From: an uncultured Actinomycetes bacterium
GTDB taxonomy: Bacteria; Actinomycetota; Acidimicrobiia; IMCC26256; PALSA-610
Length of the DNA stretch: 64,000 nt
Direction: 5' to 3'
NCBI GenBank assembly: GCA_963784845.1
Contig: CAWASN010000007.1
Coordinates: 4,022-68,021, forward strand
Shown here: positions 29,540 to 40,671 of the stretch, in pieces
Numbering within the stretch: the first letter of the stretch is position 1
Layout: every line of letters begins with the position of its first letter
Program-made: the position numbers and the translations under genes
The notes under the pieces: model-generated
The model's input: only the letters and a program-made list of their open reading frames with translations
Databases searched by the model: none
Told to the model about the DNA's origin: nothing

Positions 29540-30140
29540 CTACGTCGAACGGCCGGACCTCCCGCCGGAGGGGTCGAGGAACTGCTCGACGAACGCGAGT
29601 GCCCGGTCGTGGCCACCGCTCACACCGAGCGCCCGCTCGAGACCGATGAGCTGCGAAACGCCCGCCATGGCCACGAGGACCACCTCGGGTGTGATTCCGT
29701 CCGGCAACGGTTCGCGCGCGCGGCGAGGATGGACGAGATCGCCGCGAGCTGCATGGTCCGGAAACGTTCGGCGTAGCTCGCGATCTCCGCGCGACCGCCT
29801 TGCGGTGGTTGGCGAGCGCGACGAACTCGAGGTTGAACGCCGAGCCGGGTCCGGCGTTCAACGAGCTCCAGATCGTGCGGAGCGAGGGCTGCACCTCGAT
29901 TGCCTGCTCGAACTGCGCGAGGCCCTCCTCGGCGCGGCGACGGAACACCTCGAGAAAGAGATCGTCCATCGTCCGGAAGTAGTAGTGGACCAGTTGCGGG
30001 CTCGAGGCCGGCCCTTCGGCCTACTCGCCGTGACGTGACCGCCGCGTAGCCCTCCTCCAGGATCAGCTGCTCGGCCGCGTCGAGCAGCCGGGCGCGCGGT
30101 CAGCGAGTCCGTGCGCCCCGATTCTTCGTCGCGAAGCCAT
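29540..30140 (-). CDS. TetR family transcriptional regulator (frameshifts)
   Basis: ATG at 30140. Reading ..LLDAAEQLILEEGYAAVTSRRVA..QLVHYYFRTMDDLFLEVFRRRAEEGL.. and the tail ..VSQLIGLERALGVSGGHDRALAFVEQFLDP requires frame switches. Confidence 0.7.
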
Positions 30141-30177
30141 CGGCACCACCTTGCCATGCGCGGCCACCCGTGTTAGG

Positions 30178-30207
30178 CAGTCGCACAACATTGTGCAGTC
30201 GCACAAC
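30178..30207. promoter_or_regulatory. Tandem CAGTCGCACAAC repeats with palindrome GCACAA-CA-TTGTGC (putative TetR operator)
   Basis: The 12-mer occurs at 30178-30189 and 30196-30207, and the perfect inverted repeat spans 30183-30196. They lie between the TetR (-) and P450 (+) starts. Confidence 0.5.
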
Positions 30208-30230
30208 GTTGCGTGGCGAGAGGGGACCGG

Positions 30231-31524
30231 GTGGCGGACGACTGGGAGACGTCGGACTTCTTCAGCGACGAGTCGCTCGTCGAGGACCCGTATCCCTACT
30301 TCGAGCAGCTGCGCGCGACCTGTCCGGTGGTACCGCTCGGCCGTCACGGGGTGGTGGCGGTGACCGGCTACGACGAGGCGACCGAGGTCTACCGCGACGT
30401 CGACACGTTCTCCTCGTGCAATTCGGTGGTCGGTCCGTTCGCAACGTTCCCGGTACCGCTCGAGGGCGACGACGTGGGCGCCATCATCGATCGTTACCGC
30501 GACCAACTGCCGATGCACGAGCACATGGTCACGATGGACCCGCCCGCGCACACACAGGAACGAGCGCTGCTGATGCGGCTGATCACGCCGAAGCGGCTCA
30601 AGGACAACGAGGAGTTCATGTGGCGCCTCGCCGATCAGCAGCTCGACGAGTTCATCGGCGGCGGCCACTGCGAGTTCATCAGTGCGTACGCCCAGCCCTT
30701 CGCCATGCTCGTCGTCGCCGATCTGCTCGGAGTGCCGGAAGAGTGATCACCGGCGGTTCCGGGAATGGTTCGGCCTGAGCCGCAATCCCGGCGAGATCGG
30801 CGCCGGCTGAGCAGAGCGACCCCGAGCTGAACGCGCTCGGGTGGCTCGACGATCGGTTCGCGCACTACATCGAGGACCGGCGGCGCGAGCCGCGCGAAGA
30901 CGTGCTCACCCACCTCGCGCTCGCGACCTACCCGGACGGGACGACGCCCGAGGTCATCAACGTCGTGCGAACGGCCACGTTCTTGTTCGCCGCCGGTCAG
31001 GAGACGACCGCGCGCCTGCTCGCCGCCGCGTTGAAGTACCTCGCCGAGCACCCCGAGCTCCAAGACGACCTGCGGGCGGACCGCGACCTCATTCCGAACT
31101 TCCTCGAAGAGGTGCTCCGTATCGAGAGCCCGGTGAAAGCCGACTTCCGTCTCGCCCGGCCGACCTGCGACCGTCGGTGGCGTCGACGTCGCGGCGGGCA
31201 CACCCGTCATGCTGCTGAACGGCGCCGCCAACCGCGACCCGCGGCGGTTCGAGTGCCCCGCCGAGTTCCGGATCGACCGCCCCAACGCCCAGTCTCACAT
31301 CGCCTTCGGCCGGGGCAACCACTCCTGTCCCGGCGCGCCGTTGGCGCGCGCCGAGGGCCGGGTCAGCCTCGAACGCATCCTCGACCGGATGCGCGACATC
31401 CGGCTGTCCGAGGAGCACCACGGCCCGCCGGGCGCGCGCCGCTTCGGCTATGCGCCGACCTGGGTGCTGCGCGGCCTCGCCGAGCTGCACCTCGAGTTCA
31501 CGCCCGTCGAGGGCGGTCCGGTGA
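30231..31524 (+). CDS. Cytochrome P450, paralogue 1 (several frameshifts)
   Basis: GAGAGGGG precedes the GTG at 30231. Recognisable segments are DPYPYFEQLR, FSSCNSVVGPF, AGQETT (I-helix), ESPVK (ExxR region) and FGRGNHSCPGAPLA (heme Cys loop). The end is taken at a hidden TGA in a GTGA overlap with the next gene. Confidence 0.8.
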
Positions 31525-32265
31525 GCCGTGTCGCGGTCGTCACCGGCGGGGCGTCCGGCATCGGGCTCGGTGTCGCCGGCCGGCTCGCCGCCGGCGGCGA
31601 CCACGTCGCCGTCCTCGACCTGAACGGCGCCGCGGCCCGGAAGGCGGCGGCCGAGCTGCAGTCCGAGGGCGCCCGGGCCGTCGGCGTCGAGGTCGACGTT
31701 GCCGACACCGGTGCAGTCGATGCCGCGTTCGCCGCAAGTTCGCGCCGAGCTCGGACCCGTCGAGATCCTCGTCACCAGCGCGGGGATCGAGTCGTTCGAT
31801 CCGCTCCTCGACATCACGGCCGAGCTGTGGGACCGGATCCTCGCGGTCAACCTCACCGGTACGTTCCGCTGCGTCCAGGCGGCCGTGCCCGACATGCTCG
31901 CCGCCGGATGGGGCCGCATCGTCACCATCTCGTCCTCGAGCGCGCAATCGGGGGCACCCGACATGGCGCACTATGCCGCGTCCAAAGGCGGCGTCATCGC
32001 TCTCACCAAAGCGCTCGCCGTCGAGCTCGCGCGCCGGGGGATCACCGCGAACACCGTCGCGCCGAGCCTCGTCGACACGCCCATGGCAAGAGCCGCCGAA
32101 GCCGCAGGTGACTTTCCCGGTGTCGACGTCGTCGGCCCGATGGTGCCGCTCGGCCGGGCGGGGACGGCCGCCGACATCGCCTCCGCGTGTGCCTTCCTGT
32201 GCGGCGAGGGCGGGAGCTACATCACCGGCCAGATCATCGGTGTCAACGGCGGCATGTACATCTGA
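31521..32265 (+). CDS. SDR family oxidoreductase (FabG-like), one frameshift near 31735
   Basis: VAVVTGGASGIGLG, NAG-like SAGI, SSSSAQSG...YAASKGG (YxxxK), and the tail GQIIGVNGGMYI. It is a paralogue of 46200..46944. Confidence 0.8.
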
Positions 32266-32279
32266 GGTGCTCCGGTGAC

Positions 32280-32318
32280 GAACTCGGGTGGCGAACTCGG
32301 GTGGCGAACTCGGGTGAC
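32280..32318. repeat. 13-nt tandem repeat GAACTCGGGTGGC x3
   Basis: Read directly. The third copy ends GAC. It lies in the 78-nt convergent spacer between the SDR and the acyl-CoA synthetase. Confidence 0.8.
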
Positions 32319-32343
32319 GCGGTCGACGCCGCGATCGCGCTCC

Positions 32344-33903
32344 TTACGGTGTTCGGTTCCGCAGCTCTCGCTTCAGGACCTTGCCCGAAGGATTCCTCGG
32401 GAGCTCGTCGACGAGGATCACCTGCTTCGGAACCTTGAAGCGCGCGAGCTGCGCGCGGCAATGCTCGATGAGCTCCTCGGGAGTCGTCGATGCCGTCGAG
32501 CTCGACACGACGTAGGCGACCGGGACCTCGCCCCATCGATCGTCGGGACGCCCGACGACGGCGGCTTCGACCACCGATCCGTGCTCGTAGAGCACACGCT
32601 CGACCTCGGAGCTCGCGATGTTCTCTCCGCCGGACACGATCATGTCCTTGAGTCGATCGACGATGTAGAGGTATCCGTCGTCATCCTGCAGGCCGATGTC
32701 GCCGGTGTGGAACCAGCCGCCGGCGAACGCTGCAGTCGTCGCGTCGGGGTCCGCCAGTAGCCCTGGAACACCTTCGGGCCGCGCAGGACGACCTCGCCGC
32801 GCTCACCCGGCGGCACCGAGGCTCCGTGTTCGTCCCAGATGTCGAGCTCGAGGTACTGGCACGGGCCGGCCGACACTTCCGAGCTTGGACACGCGTGCTC
32901 GTCGCGGTCGAGGAAGGTGTCGCCCGACACGGTCTCGGTCAGGCCGTACGCATCGGCGAACCACGCGGACGGGAAGGTTGCGCGCAGGCGTTCGATGAAC
33001 GGAATCGGCATCTTCTCCCCGCCGGCGATGATCAACCGAACCGACGACAGGTCACGCTGTTCGATCTCCCGGTACGCTCGAGGATCGCGCGGACCATCGC
33101 GGGAGCGGTCCACATCGTGGTCACGCGGGACCGCTCGATCTCGTCGACGACGCGCTCGGCGTCGAAGGTGCGGTGGATGATCGGTGGTCGCGCCCACCGC
33201 GATCATCGTCGTGGTGACGAGGTCGAGCGCACCGACATGATAGAGCGGGCCGCAAGCCAGACCGACGTCGGCGCTGGTGAATCCGAACTCGGTGATGTGC
33301 GCGTAGTTCTTCCAAGCCAGGTTGGCGTGGGTGATCATGACGCCCTTCGGGCGGCCGGTTGTTCCGGACGTGTACATCAGCCGGTGGATGTCGTCGCCCC
33401 GGAGGTGAGCCCGGGCGCGGCGAGCGGAGTCGGAGCCCAGATCGGAGAAGCGTTCCCAGCCTTCGTGAACCTCGGTCGAGCTACACACGCGCACGAGGTC
33501 ACGGCCAAGATCGCCGGTCGCTTCGTTCGCGAGCTCGATGCAGGTCGTCGTCGCACACGAGCGCGCGCGCTTCGGAGTGTTCGAGGATGAAGCGCAGCTC
33601 CGGTGCCGCGAGCCGCCAGTTGACGGGCATCGCGATCGCACCGGCGTGGTTGGCGGCGAAGATCGTGACCAGGAACTCGATGCTGTTGTACGAGAGCAGC
33701 CCGACCACGTCTCCGGCACCGACTCCTCGCGCGCGGAGTCCGGCCGCCACCGTCGCAGCCCGATCCGCCATTCCCCGATAGGTGACGACCTGGTCGCCGA
33801 AGACGGCAAGCGGCTTGTGCGGCGTGCGGCGCGCGTGGTGCTCGAGCACCGCGAGCCAGCTCATGTCCGGATGCATCGGGGGCTCGAGCCGGTCTGAACT
33901 CAT
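32344..33903 (-). CDS. Acyl-CoA synthetase / AMP-binding enzyme (several frameshifts)
   Basis: ATG at 33903 (MSSDRLEPPMHPDMSWLAVLEHHARR). Motifs are YTSGTTGRPKGV, GYGLTE-like AYGLTET, and the C-terminal SGGENIASSEVE...PRNPSGKVLKRELR. Confidence 0.8.
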
Positions 33904-33914
33904 GGACGCAACTC

Positions 33915-34663
33915 CTACGGCGCCGCGTATCCGCCGTCGACGACGATCGCGGATCCGGTGGTCCAGCGGGACGCGTCGCCGGCGAGGTACGAGTAAGCGC
34001 CGACGAGGTCGGCAGCAGTCCCGAGCCCGAGCGGGTGCTTGGCCGCGATCGCGTCGATCGCCTCGGGCGGGAGGTCGGCGTGGATGCCGGAACGAAACGT
34101 TCCGGGGCACACGCAGTTGACCCGGATCCCGTCGCGCGCGTACTCGACCGCCGCGACCTTCGCGAGTTGGATCACCGCGGCCTTCGTCGCGCAGTAGGGA
34201 GCCGCGTGTGACCACGCGGTGAGACCGGAGACCGACGCCGTGAGGACGATCGAGCCCGACTGCTGGGCCCGCATGACGGGCACCGCGGCGCGGATGCCGT
34301 TGACCGCGCCGAGGACGTTGACCCGGAACGCCCGCTCCCAGTCCTCGGTCGTGAGGTTGTGGATGCGACCGTTCGGGGAGAGCACGCCCGCGTTGCTGAT
34401 CAGCACGTCGAGCCGGCCGAATCGCTCCCGCGCCACGCCGACGACGGCTTCGACCTCGGTGATCTCGCTCACGTCGGCGCGCAGGGTCTCGACCGCGCCC
34501 CGCTGCTCCGGCAACGCCGTTCACGGTCGCTTCGAGCGACGATGCGCTGACGTCGCTCAGCACGACGTCGGTCTCCGGTTCGCCCGCGAACTGCCCGGAC
34601 AAGCGCCGCCCCGAGCGTTCCGCCCGCGCCGGTGATCACGATGACCCGCCGAGGTTGGCTCAT
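33915..34663 (-). CDS. SDR family oxidoreductase (frameshifts near the 5' end)
   Basis: MSQPRRVIVITGAGGTLGAA reads from the ATG at 34663. The body lies in ORF 33915..34514(-), with VLISNAGV, YCATKAAV and VVDGGYAAP. Confidence 0.8.
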
Positions 34664-35442
34664 ACGAGCAGATACCCGCCGTCGACGTTGAGCACGGTGC
34701 CGGTGACGAACGCGGACGCGTCGGAGGCGAGGAACTGATAGGCGCCGGCAAGGTCGGTGGATGCGCCCCAACGCCGTTGCGCGGTGTGCCCGAGCACGCC
34801 GGCTCCGAGCTCGGGGTCGTTCTTCCAGCGCTCGGCCAACGGCGAGTCGAACCACCCCGGAGCGACGACGTTCACCGTGATGCCCGACGACGCGAGATCG
34901 AGTGCGAGACCCTTCGCCATGCCGACGAGACCGGCCTTCGAGGCGCTGTACGCGATGAGGCCTCGGCGCGGCCGTTCGCCCAGGACCGAGCCGGTGAAGA
35001 TCAGCCGCCCGCCGGCGCGCATCACCCGGGCGGCCGCGCGCGCGCCCGAGGAACGCACCGGTGAGGTTCACGTCGAGAATCTCGCGCCAGACCGACGGAG
35101 TCGGTCTCGAGCGGTCCGGCGAGGACGGGCGAGATCCCGGCGTTGCAGATCCACACGTCGACGCCGCCCCACTCGGCCACGGTGGCGTCGGCGACCGCCT
35201 CGTTGAACGTCGCCGTCGGTCACGTCGCCGCAGAGCACGAGGGACGGCCCCGGGAGCTCCGCGGCGACCGCTTTGAGGTCGGTCTCGGTCCGCGCCACCA
35301 GCGCCACCCGCGCGCCGCCCTGCGAGAACGCGTGCGCGAGCAGCCGGCCGAGCCCCCGGCCGGCGCCGGTGATCACCACACGCTTCCCGGTCACGTCCGC
35401 AGCACCGGCGAAGGACGCGGGGATCTCGATCTGCTCGGGCAT
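34660..35442 (-). CDS. SDR family oxidoreductase (two compensating frameshifts)
   Basis: GGGAAGGG precedes the ATG at 35442. Motifs are GKRVVITGAGRGLGR, NAGI (middle part in another frame), YSASKAGLVG and LNVDGGYLLV. The stop overlaps the next start (ATGA). Confidence 0.8.
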
Positions 35443-35538
35443 CGCCCTTCCCTGCTTGTTCCGTGCTGGTTCCGTGGTGGTTCCGTGCTTGGTCCGCGGT
35501 TGCTCGGCGCGCACGCAGCGGTGGGCTTCCCACCCGAT

Positions 35539-35556
35539 TTGTACCGACCAGTACAA
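35539..35556. promoter_or_regulatory. Recurrent operator-like motif, copy d
   Basis: TTGTACCGACCAGTACAA has TTGTAC/GTACAA arms. It lies between the SDR (-) start at 35442 and the E1-alpha (+) start at 35567. Confidence 0.5.
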
Positions 35557-35566
35557 TACACGGTCC

Positions 35567-36580
35567 ATGTTCAGCGACGCCGACCTCCTCGAGATGCACC
35601 GGCGGATGCTCGTGATCCGCGGGTTCGAGGAGCGCGTCGCTGCGCTCTACCGCGACGGCGAGGTCCCGGGCTTCGTGCACCTGTCGATCGGGCAGGAGGC
35701 CTCGGCCGTGGGCGCGTGTTGGCCACTCGGCCCGACCGACGTGATCACGTCGACCCATCGCGGCCACGGCCACTGCCTCGCGAAGGGTCTCGACCCGCTC
35801 GGGATGTTCGCCGAGCTGATGGGCAAGGACGGGGGCACGAACCGCGGGCGCGGGCGGTTCGATGCACATCGCCGATCCGACGATCGGCATCTTCGGCGCC
35901 AACGGGATCGTCGCTGCCGGCCTGCCGATCGCGGCGGGCGCGGCGACCGCGGCGCAGTTGCGACGCGACGGCACGCGTCGCGGTGGCGTTCTTCGGCGAC
36001 GGCGCGGTCGGCGCACGGCACGTTCCACGAAGCGATCAACCTCGCCGCGGTCTGGCAGCTGCCGGTGATCTTCTTCTGCGAGAACAACGGCTACGCGGAG
36101 TTCTCGCCGGCGGCGGCCCAGCACGCGGCGCCGCTCGAACAGCGCGCCGGCGGGCTACGGCGTCGACTACGTCGCGGTCGACGGCAACGACGTCGTGGCG
36201 ACCGCGGCCGCGATGAGCGTCGGTCGTCGAGGCGGCGCGCGCCGGGACGCGGTCCCGTCGTCGTCGAGGCCACCACCTACCGCTGGCACGGTCATTACGA
36301 AGGCGACCCGCAGCGCTACCGATCGCCCGATGAGCTCGAGGAGTGGAAGGCACGCGACCCGCTGCTCGTCAGCGCGCGCCGGCTCCGGTCGGCGGGCATC
36401 ACCGACGACGCGCTCGAATCCATGCAGGCGTCGGTCGCGCGCGAGCTCGACGACGCGGTCGAGGCGGGCTCGGCGCTTGTCGCCGCCGGCGGCTGCGACG
36501 CTGACCGACTTCGTCGTCCGCGCCGCGACCCGAACGCCCCGAGCCGCCCGGCCCCGCCGGCCGACGCGCCGGAGTTCCGC
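35567..36580 (+). CDS. Thiamine-diphosphate-dependent 2-oxoacid (pyruvate/acetoin/BCKA) dehydrogenase E1 alpha subunit (frameshifts; 3' end approximate)
   Basis: MFSDADLLEMHRRMLVIRGFEERVAALYRDGEVPGFVHLSIGQEA, then GGSMHIADP..GANGIV, then FFGDGA...PVIFFCENNGYA, spread over three frames. Confidence 0.7.
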
Positions 36581-36583
36581 ACG

Positions 36584-37541
36584 ATGGACGCGATCCGAGC
36601 CGCGCTCGAAGCCGAGCTCGCGGGCGACGAGCGTGTGTTCGTCGCGGGGATCGACGTCGCGGCCGGCGGCAACGTGTTCGGCCTGATGCGCGGTCTGCAC
36701 GACCGCTTCGGCGATCGCGTCCGCGACACGCCCATCTCCGAGAGCGCGATCGTCGGCCTCGGCGTCGGCGCCGCGATGGCGGGCATGCGTCCCGTCGTCG
36801 AGCTGATGTATCTCGACTTCCTCGGCGTGTGTCTCGACCAGCTGCTCAACCAGGCCGCGAAGTTGCCGTTCATGACCGGCGGCGCCGCGCAGATGGCGCT
36901 GACCGTGCGGACCCAGTTCGGCGCGGGCCGCTCGTCGGGAAGCCAGCACTCGCAGAGCCTCGAGGCGCTGCTCGCGCACATCCCCGGGTTGACCGTCGTG
37001 ATGCCGTCGACCCCGGCTGACACGTACGGGTTGCTGCGCGCCGCGATCCAGGACCCGAACCCGGTCGTGTTCATCGAGAACCGGTTGCTCTACGGCATGA
37101 AGGGACCCGCAGCCGCCGGCCGACCACATCCTCCCGATCGGCACGGTCGGCCGTCGTGCGACCGGGAAGCGACATCACCGTCGTGTCGGTCTCGCGGATG
37201 GTGCACGAGGCGGTCGCCGCCGCCGAGCGTCTCGCGGCGAGGGCATCTCCGTCGAGGTGATCGACCTGCGAACCGTCGCCCCGCTCGACATGGCGCCGAT
37301 CCTCGACTCGGTGCACAAGACGAGCCGGCTCTTGATCGCGCACGAGGCCGTCGTCCCGTTCGGCATCGGCGCCGAGATCGCCGCGACGGTCGCGCGCGAC
37401 GGCTTCTGGGATCTCGACGCGCCGATCCAACGCATCGGCGCGGCGCCGACTCCGCCTCCCTACGCGCCCGAGCTCGAACGCGCGTGGCTGCCCGACCGCG
37501 ACGACATCGCCGAGGCGATCCGCCGCCTCGCGCGCGTCTGA
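36584..37541 (+). CDS. 2-oxoacid dehydrogenase E1 beta subunit (frameshifts)
   Basis: ATG at 36584 after GGAG. MDAIRAALEAELAGDERVFVAGIDV...DTPISESAIVG...FIENRLLY, and the C-terminus VIDLRTVAPLD...IRRLARV in ORF 37257..37541. No E2 or E3 gene is present in the window. Confidence 0.75.
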
Positions 37542-37552
37542 GCGCGAAGCGT

Positions 37553-38708
37553 TCAGCAGCCGAGGGCGCGGGCGATCACGACGTGCTGGATCTCGTTGGT
37601 GCCTTCGCCGATCTCGAGCACCTTGGCGTCGCAGTAGAAGCGGGCGACCGGCGAGTCGAGCATGTAGCCGAGGCCGCCGTGGATCTGCACGGCTTCCGAT
37701 GCCGCCGCAGACCGCGAGGCGGCTGGCCTTCAGCTTCGCCATCGACGCTTCCTTGAGGAAGGGCTGCCCGGCGTCGCGCAGGTACGCGGCGCGATACGTG
37801 AGCCACCGTGCCGCCTCGAGCTCGGTCGCGATGTCGGCGAGCTTGAACTGGATCGCCTGGAACTTCGAGATGGGCTGGCCGAACTGCACGCGCCCGTGCG
37901 CGTAGTCGATCGCCAGGTCGAGCACGGCCTGGGTCAGGCTGAGCGACAACGCGGCGATCGAGATGCGCCCGACCTCGAGCGTGCGCAGGAACTGGCTGAG
38001 CCCCATCGCCGGGATCGCCGACGAGATGATCGTCGGCGACCCAGACGTCGTCGAAGTACAGCTCGCGGGTGTCGAGACCGCGCCAGCCGATGCCGCGCAT
38101 CTTCGGGCCCATCGTGAAGCCGGCGGTGTCCTTCTCGACGACGAAGCTCGCGAACGTCGGGTGCCGGGTCCTCGCCCGACTCGGTGCGGGCCAGCAGCGT
38201 CACGCCGAACGACATGTCGGTGCCGGCGTTGGAGATGAACGCCTTGCGGCCGTTGATCAGCCAGCCGCCGTCGCGCCGGACGCGCCCGCGTTCGGATGCC
38301 GCGGCGCGTCGGAACCGGCGTCGGGCTCGGTCAAACCGAACGCGCCGAGGACGCGTCCCTCGGCCAAGCGGGCGCAGCCAGCGCTCGCGCTGCGCGTCGG
38401 AGCCGAAGAGGTACAGCGGCAACGAGCCGATGGTCACGTGCGCCTGCCACGCGGCGGCCACCGACTGGTCGGCCAGGCCGATCTGCTCCATCGCGGCGAC
38501 GAAGCCGACGGTCGACATGCCGATGCCTCCCCATCGCTCGGGGATCAGCATGCCGAGCAGGCCCAGCGCGCCCATCTCGCGGAGCAGGTCGGTCGGGCAC
38601 CGCGCCTCCTCCCACGCAGCGGGAGCACGCGCCGCGATCTCCTTCTGCGCGAACTCGCGGCACAGGCGCGACAAGGTCGCGTTCCGGCTCGGCGAGCGAG
38701 AAGTCCAC
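37553..38708 (-). CDS. Acyl-CoA dehydrogenase (several frameshifts)
   Basis: GTG at 38708 (MDFSLAEPERDLV). Further segments are GLLGMLIPERWGG, WLINGRKAFISNAG, QFGQPISKFQAIQFKLADI, and the tail IHGGLGYM...EIGEGTNEIQHVVIARALGC. Confidence 0.8.
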
Positions 38709-38721
38709 GCGGCCGATCCTA

Positions 38722-38739
38722 TTGGACCGACCGGTACAA
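38722..38739. promoter_or_regulatory. Recurrent operator-like motif, copy e
   Basis: TTGGACCGACCGGTACAA lies between the ACAD (-) start at 38708 and the P450 (+) start at 38762. Confidence 0.5.
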
Positions 38740-38761
38740 CGCCTGCTATCGATATCGCCCT

Positions 38762-40057
38762 GTGACCGACTACGACGCGATCGACTTCTTCCGAGGCGAC
38801 GAGCTCGTCGCCGACCCGTACCCGTACTTCGAGTGGCTGCGCGGGCAGTGCCCGGTGCGGCGCGAACCCCATCACGGCGTGATGATGGTGACCGGGTACG
38901 ACGAAGCGGTCGCGGTGTACAACGACACCGACACGTTCTCGTCGTGCAACTCGCCGACCGGGCCCTTCCCCGGGTTCCCCGTGACGCTCGAGGGCGACGA
39001 CGTCACCCCGCTCATCGAGCAGCACCGTGAGCGAGCTCCCGATGAGCGACCAGCTGCTCACGTTCGACCCGCCGATCCACACCGCGCACCGTGCGCTGCT
39101 CATGCGCCTGATCACGCCGAAGCGCCTGCGCGAGAACGAAGAGTTCATGTGGCGGCTCGCCGACCGCCAGATCGACGAGTTCATCGATCGCGGCGACGGC
39201 GAGTTCATCCGCGGGTTACGGCCAGCCGTTCGCCATGCTCGTCGTCGCCGACCTGCTCGGCGTGCCGGAGAGCGATCACGAGCTGTTCCGTGAGCGGCTC
39301 GGCGCCGGGCCGAGCGCGACGGACCGGCACCGTCGGCAGCACGGGCGACGACGCGCTCGCGGACAACCCGCTCGAGTTCCTCTACGAGCAGTTCACCGCG
39401 TACATCGAGGACCGCCGGCGCGATCCGCGCGACGACGTGATGACGGGTATGGCGACCGCGACGTTCCCCGACGGCTCGATCCCTGAAGCCATCGACGTCG
39501 CGCGCATCGCCGCCAATCTCTTCGCCGCCGGCCAGGAAACGACCGTTCGCCTCTTCGGCACCGCGCTGCAACGTATCGGCGACGACCGGGAGCTCCAGGG
39601 CCGGCTGCGCGAGCACCGTGAGCACATCCCGAAGTTCGTCGAGGAATGCCTGCGCATCGAGAGCCCGGTGAAAGGTGACTTCCGGCTCGCGCGCGTGACG
39701 ACCGAGCTCGGTGGCGTCAAGATTCCGGCGGGCACCACGCTCATGGTGGTGAACGGAGCCGCGAACCGCGATCCCGGCCGTTTCGAGCACCCCGACGACT
39801 TCCAGGTCGAGCGCGCCAACGCGTCGCCAGCACCTCGCGTTCGGTCACGGCGCCCACACCTGTCCCGGCGCCCCGCTCGCGCGCGCCGAGGGCCGCATCA
39901 CCATCGAGCGATTGCTCGACCGGGTGCGACAACATCCGGGTCTCCGAGAAGGAGCACGGCCCCGAAGGCGCCCGCCGTTACGAGTACGTGCCGACCTACA
40001 TTCTGCGTGGCGTCAGCCGTCTGCTACCTCGAGTTCGACCCGCGCGTCCCTCGATGA
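38762..40057 (+). CDS. Cytochrome P450, paralogue 2 (several frameshifts)
   Basis: GTG at 38762 ([27 protein letters not shown]). Further segments are [31 protein letters not shown], and the heme loop [14 protein letters not shown] in another frame. The tail is [11 protein letters not shown]. Confidence 0.8.
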   Translation: MTDYDAIDFFRGDELVADPYPYFEWLRGQCPVRREPHHGVMMVTGYDEAVAVYNDTDTFSSCNSPTGPFPGFPVTLEGDDVTPLIEQHRERAPDERPAAHVRPADPHRAPCAAHAPDHAEAPARERRVHVAARRPPDRRVHRSRRRRVHPRVTASRSPCSSSPTCSACRRAITSCSVSGSAPGRARRTGTVGSTGDDALADNPLEFLYEQFTAYIEDRRRDPRDDVMTGMATATFPDGSIPEAIDVARIAANLFAAGQETTVRLFGTALQRIGDDRELQGRLREHREHIPKFVEECLRIESPVKGDFRLARVTTELGGVKIPAGTTLMVVNGAANRDPGRFEHPDDFQVERANASPAPRVRSRRPHLSRRPARARRGPHHHRAIARPGATTSGSPRRSTAPKAPAVTSTCRPTFCVASAVCYLEFDPRVPR

Positions 40058-40226
40058 CGTGCCGTGACGGCCCGAGGACTCGGGTGCGCCGCCGGCTCGG
40101 TGCCCGGCTCCGTGGCTTCGTAGATCATTGACGCGAGGGTGCGAACCGCCTTGCGCGGTCCCTGCGATAATGCCATTCTCTCTGGATGAGTGCAGCAATT
40201 CCGCAGCGTGGAGCACGGGGGTCTCG

Positions 40227-40671
40227 ATGGTCGACGACATGCACCGGATCTCTGATCTCGTAGAGCTGCACGCGTTGTGTGCGCGCTACATGTCCTACAC
40301 GAGTCAGTTCGTGGAGGGCCGCTGGCTCGACGTGTTCACGCCCGACGCCGAGTACAACGCGTTCGGTACGCCGTACACACTCGAACGTTTCCCGGCGCTT
40401 CTCGCCGCGGCACCCCGCGGTCAGTTCATCGGGAACATGCCCGTGGTCGAGATCGACGGCGACAACGCCACCGGAGTGCAGCATTTCGTGTTCATCGATC
40501 AGCAGACCCACGCCATGCGTCTCGGCTGGTACCGCGACGAGTACGTCCGGACGCCGGACGGGTGGCGGATTCGGCGACGTGCCACCACGTTCATGCGCAA
40601 GAGCGGCGACTTCGATTCGGGGCGACAGCACGATCCGCTCGCGGGCAGGGCGAGTGAAGGGCGCACGATGA
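40227..40671 (+). CDS. SnoaL-like / NTF2-fold protein
   Basis: MVDDMHRISDLVELHALCARYMSY...GWRIRRRATTFMRK. As given it runs in frame into the next gene. A TGA in the +1 frame forms an ATGA overlap with the next ATG, which suggests an indel near the 3' end. Confidence 0.65.

Noticed and set aside
31209-32111. Apparent in-frame cytochrome P450-SDR fusion (..LHLEFTPVEGGPVSRVAVVTGGASGIG..)
   Set aside because: There is no stop in the current frame. However, the SDR GTG at 31521 forms a GTGA with a TGA in the +1 frame, the same coupling used at 46200, 52654 and 54253. An indel just upstream would explain the read-through. The other two P450 paralogues are not fused.
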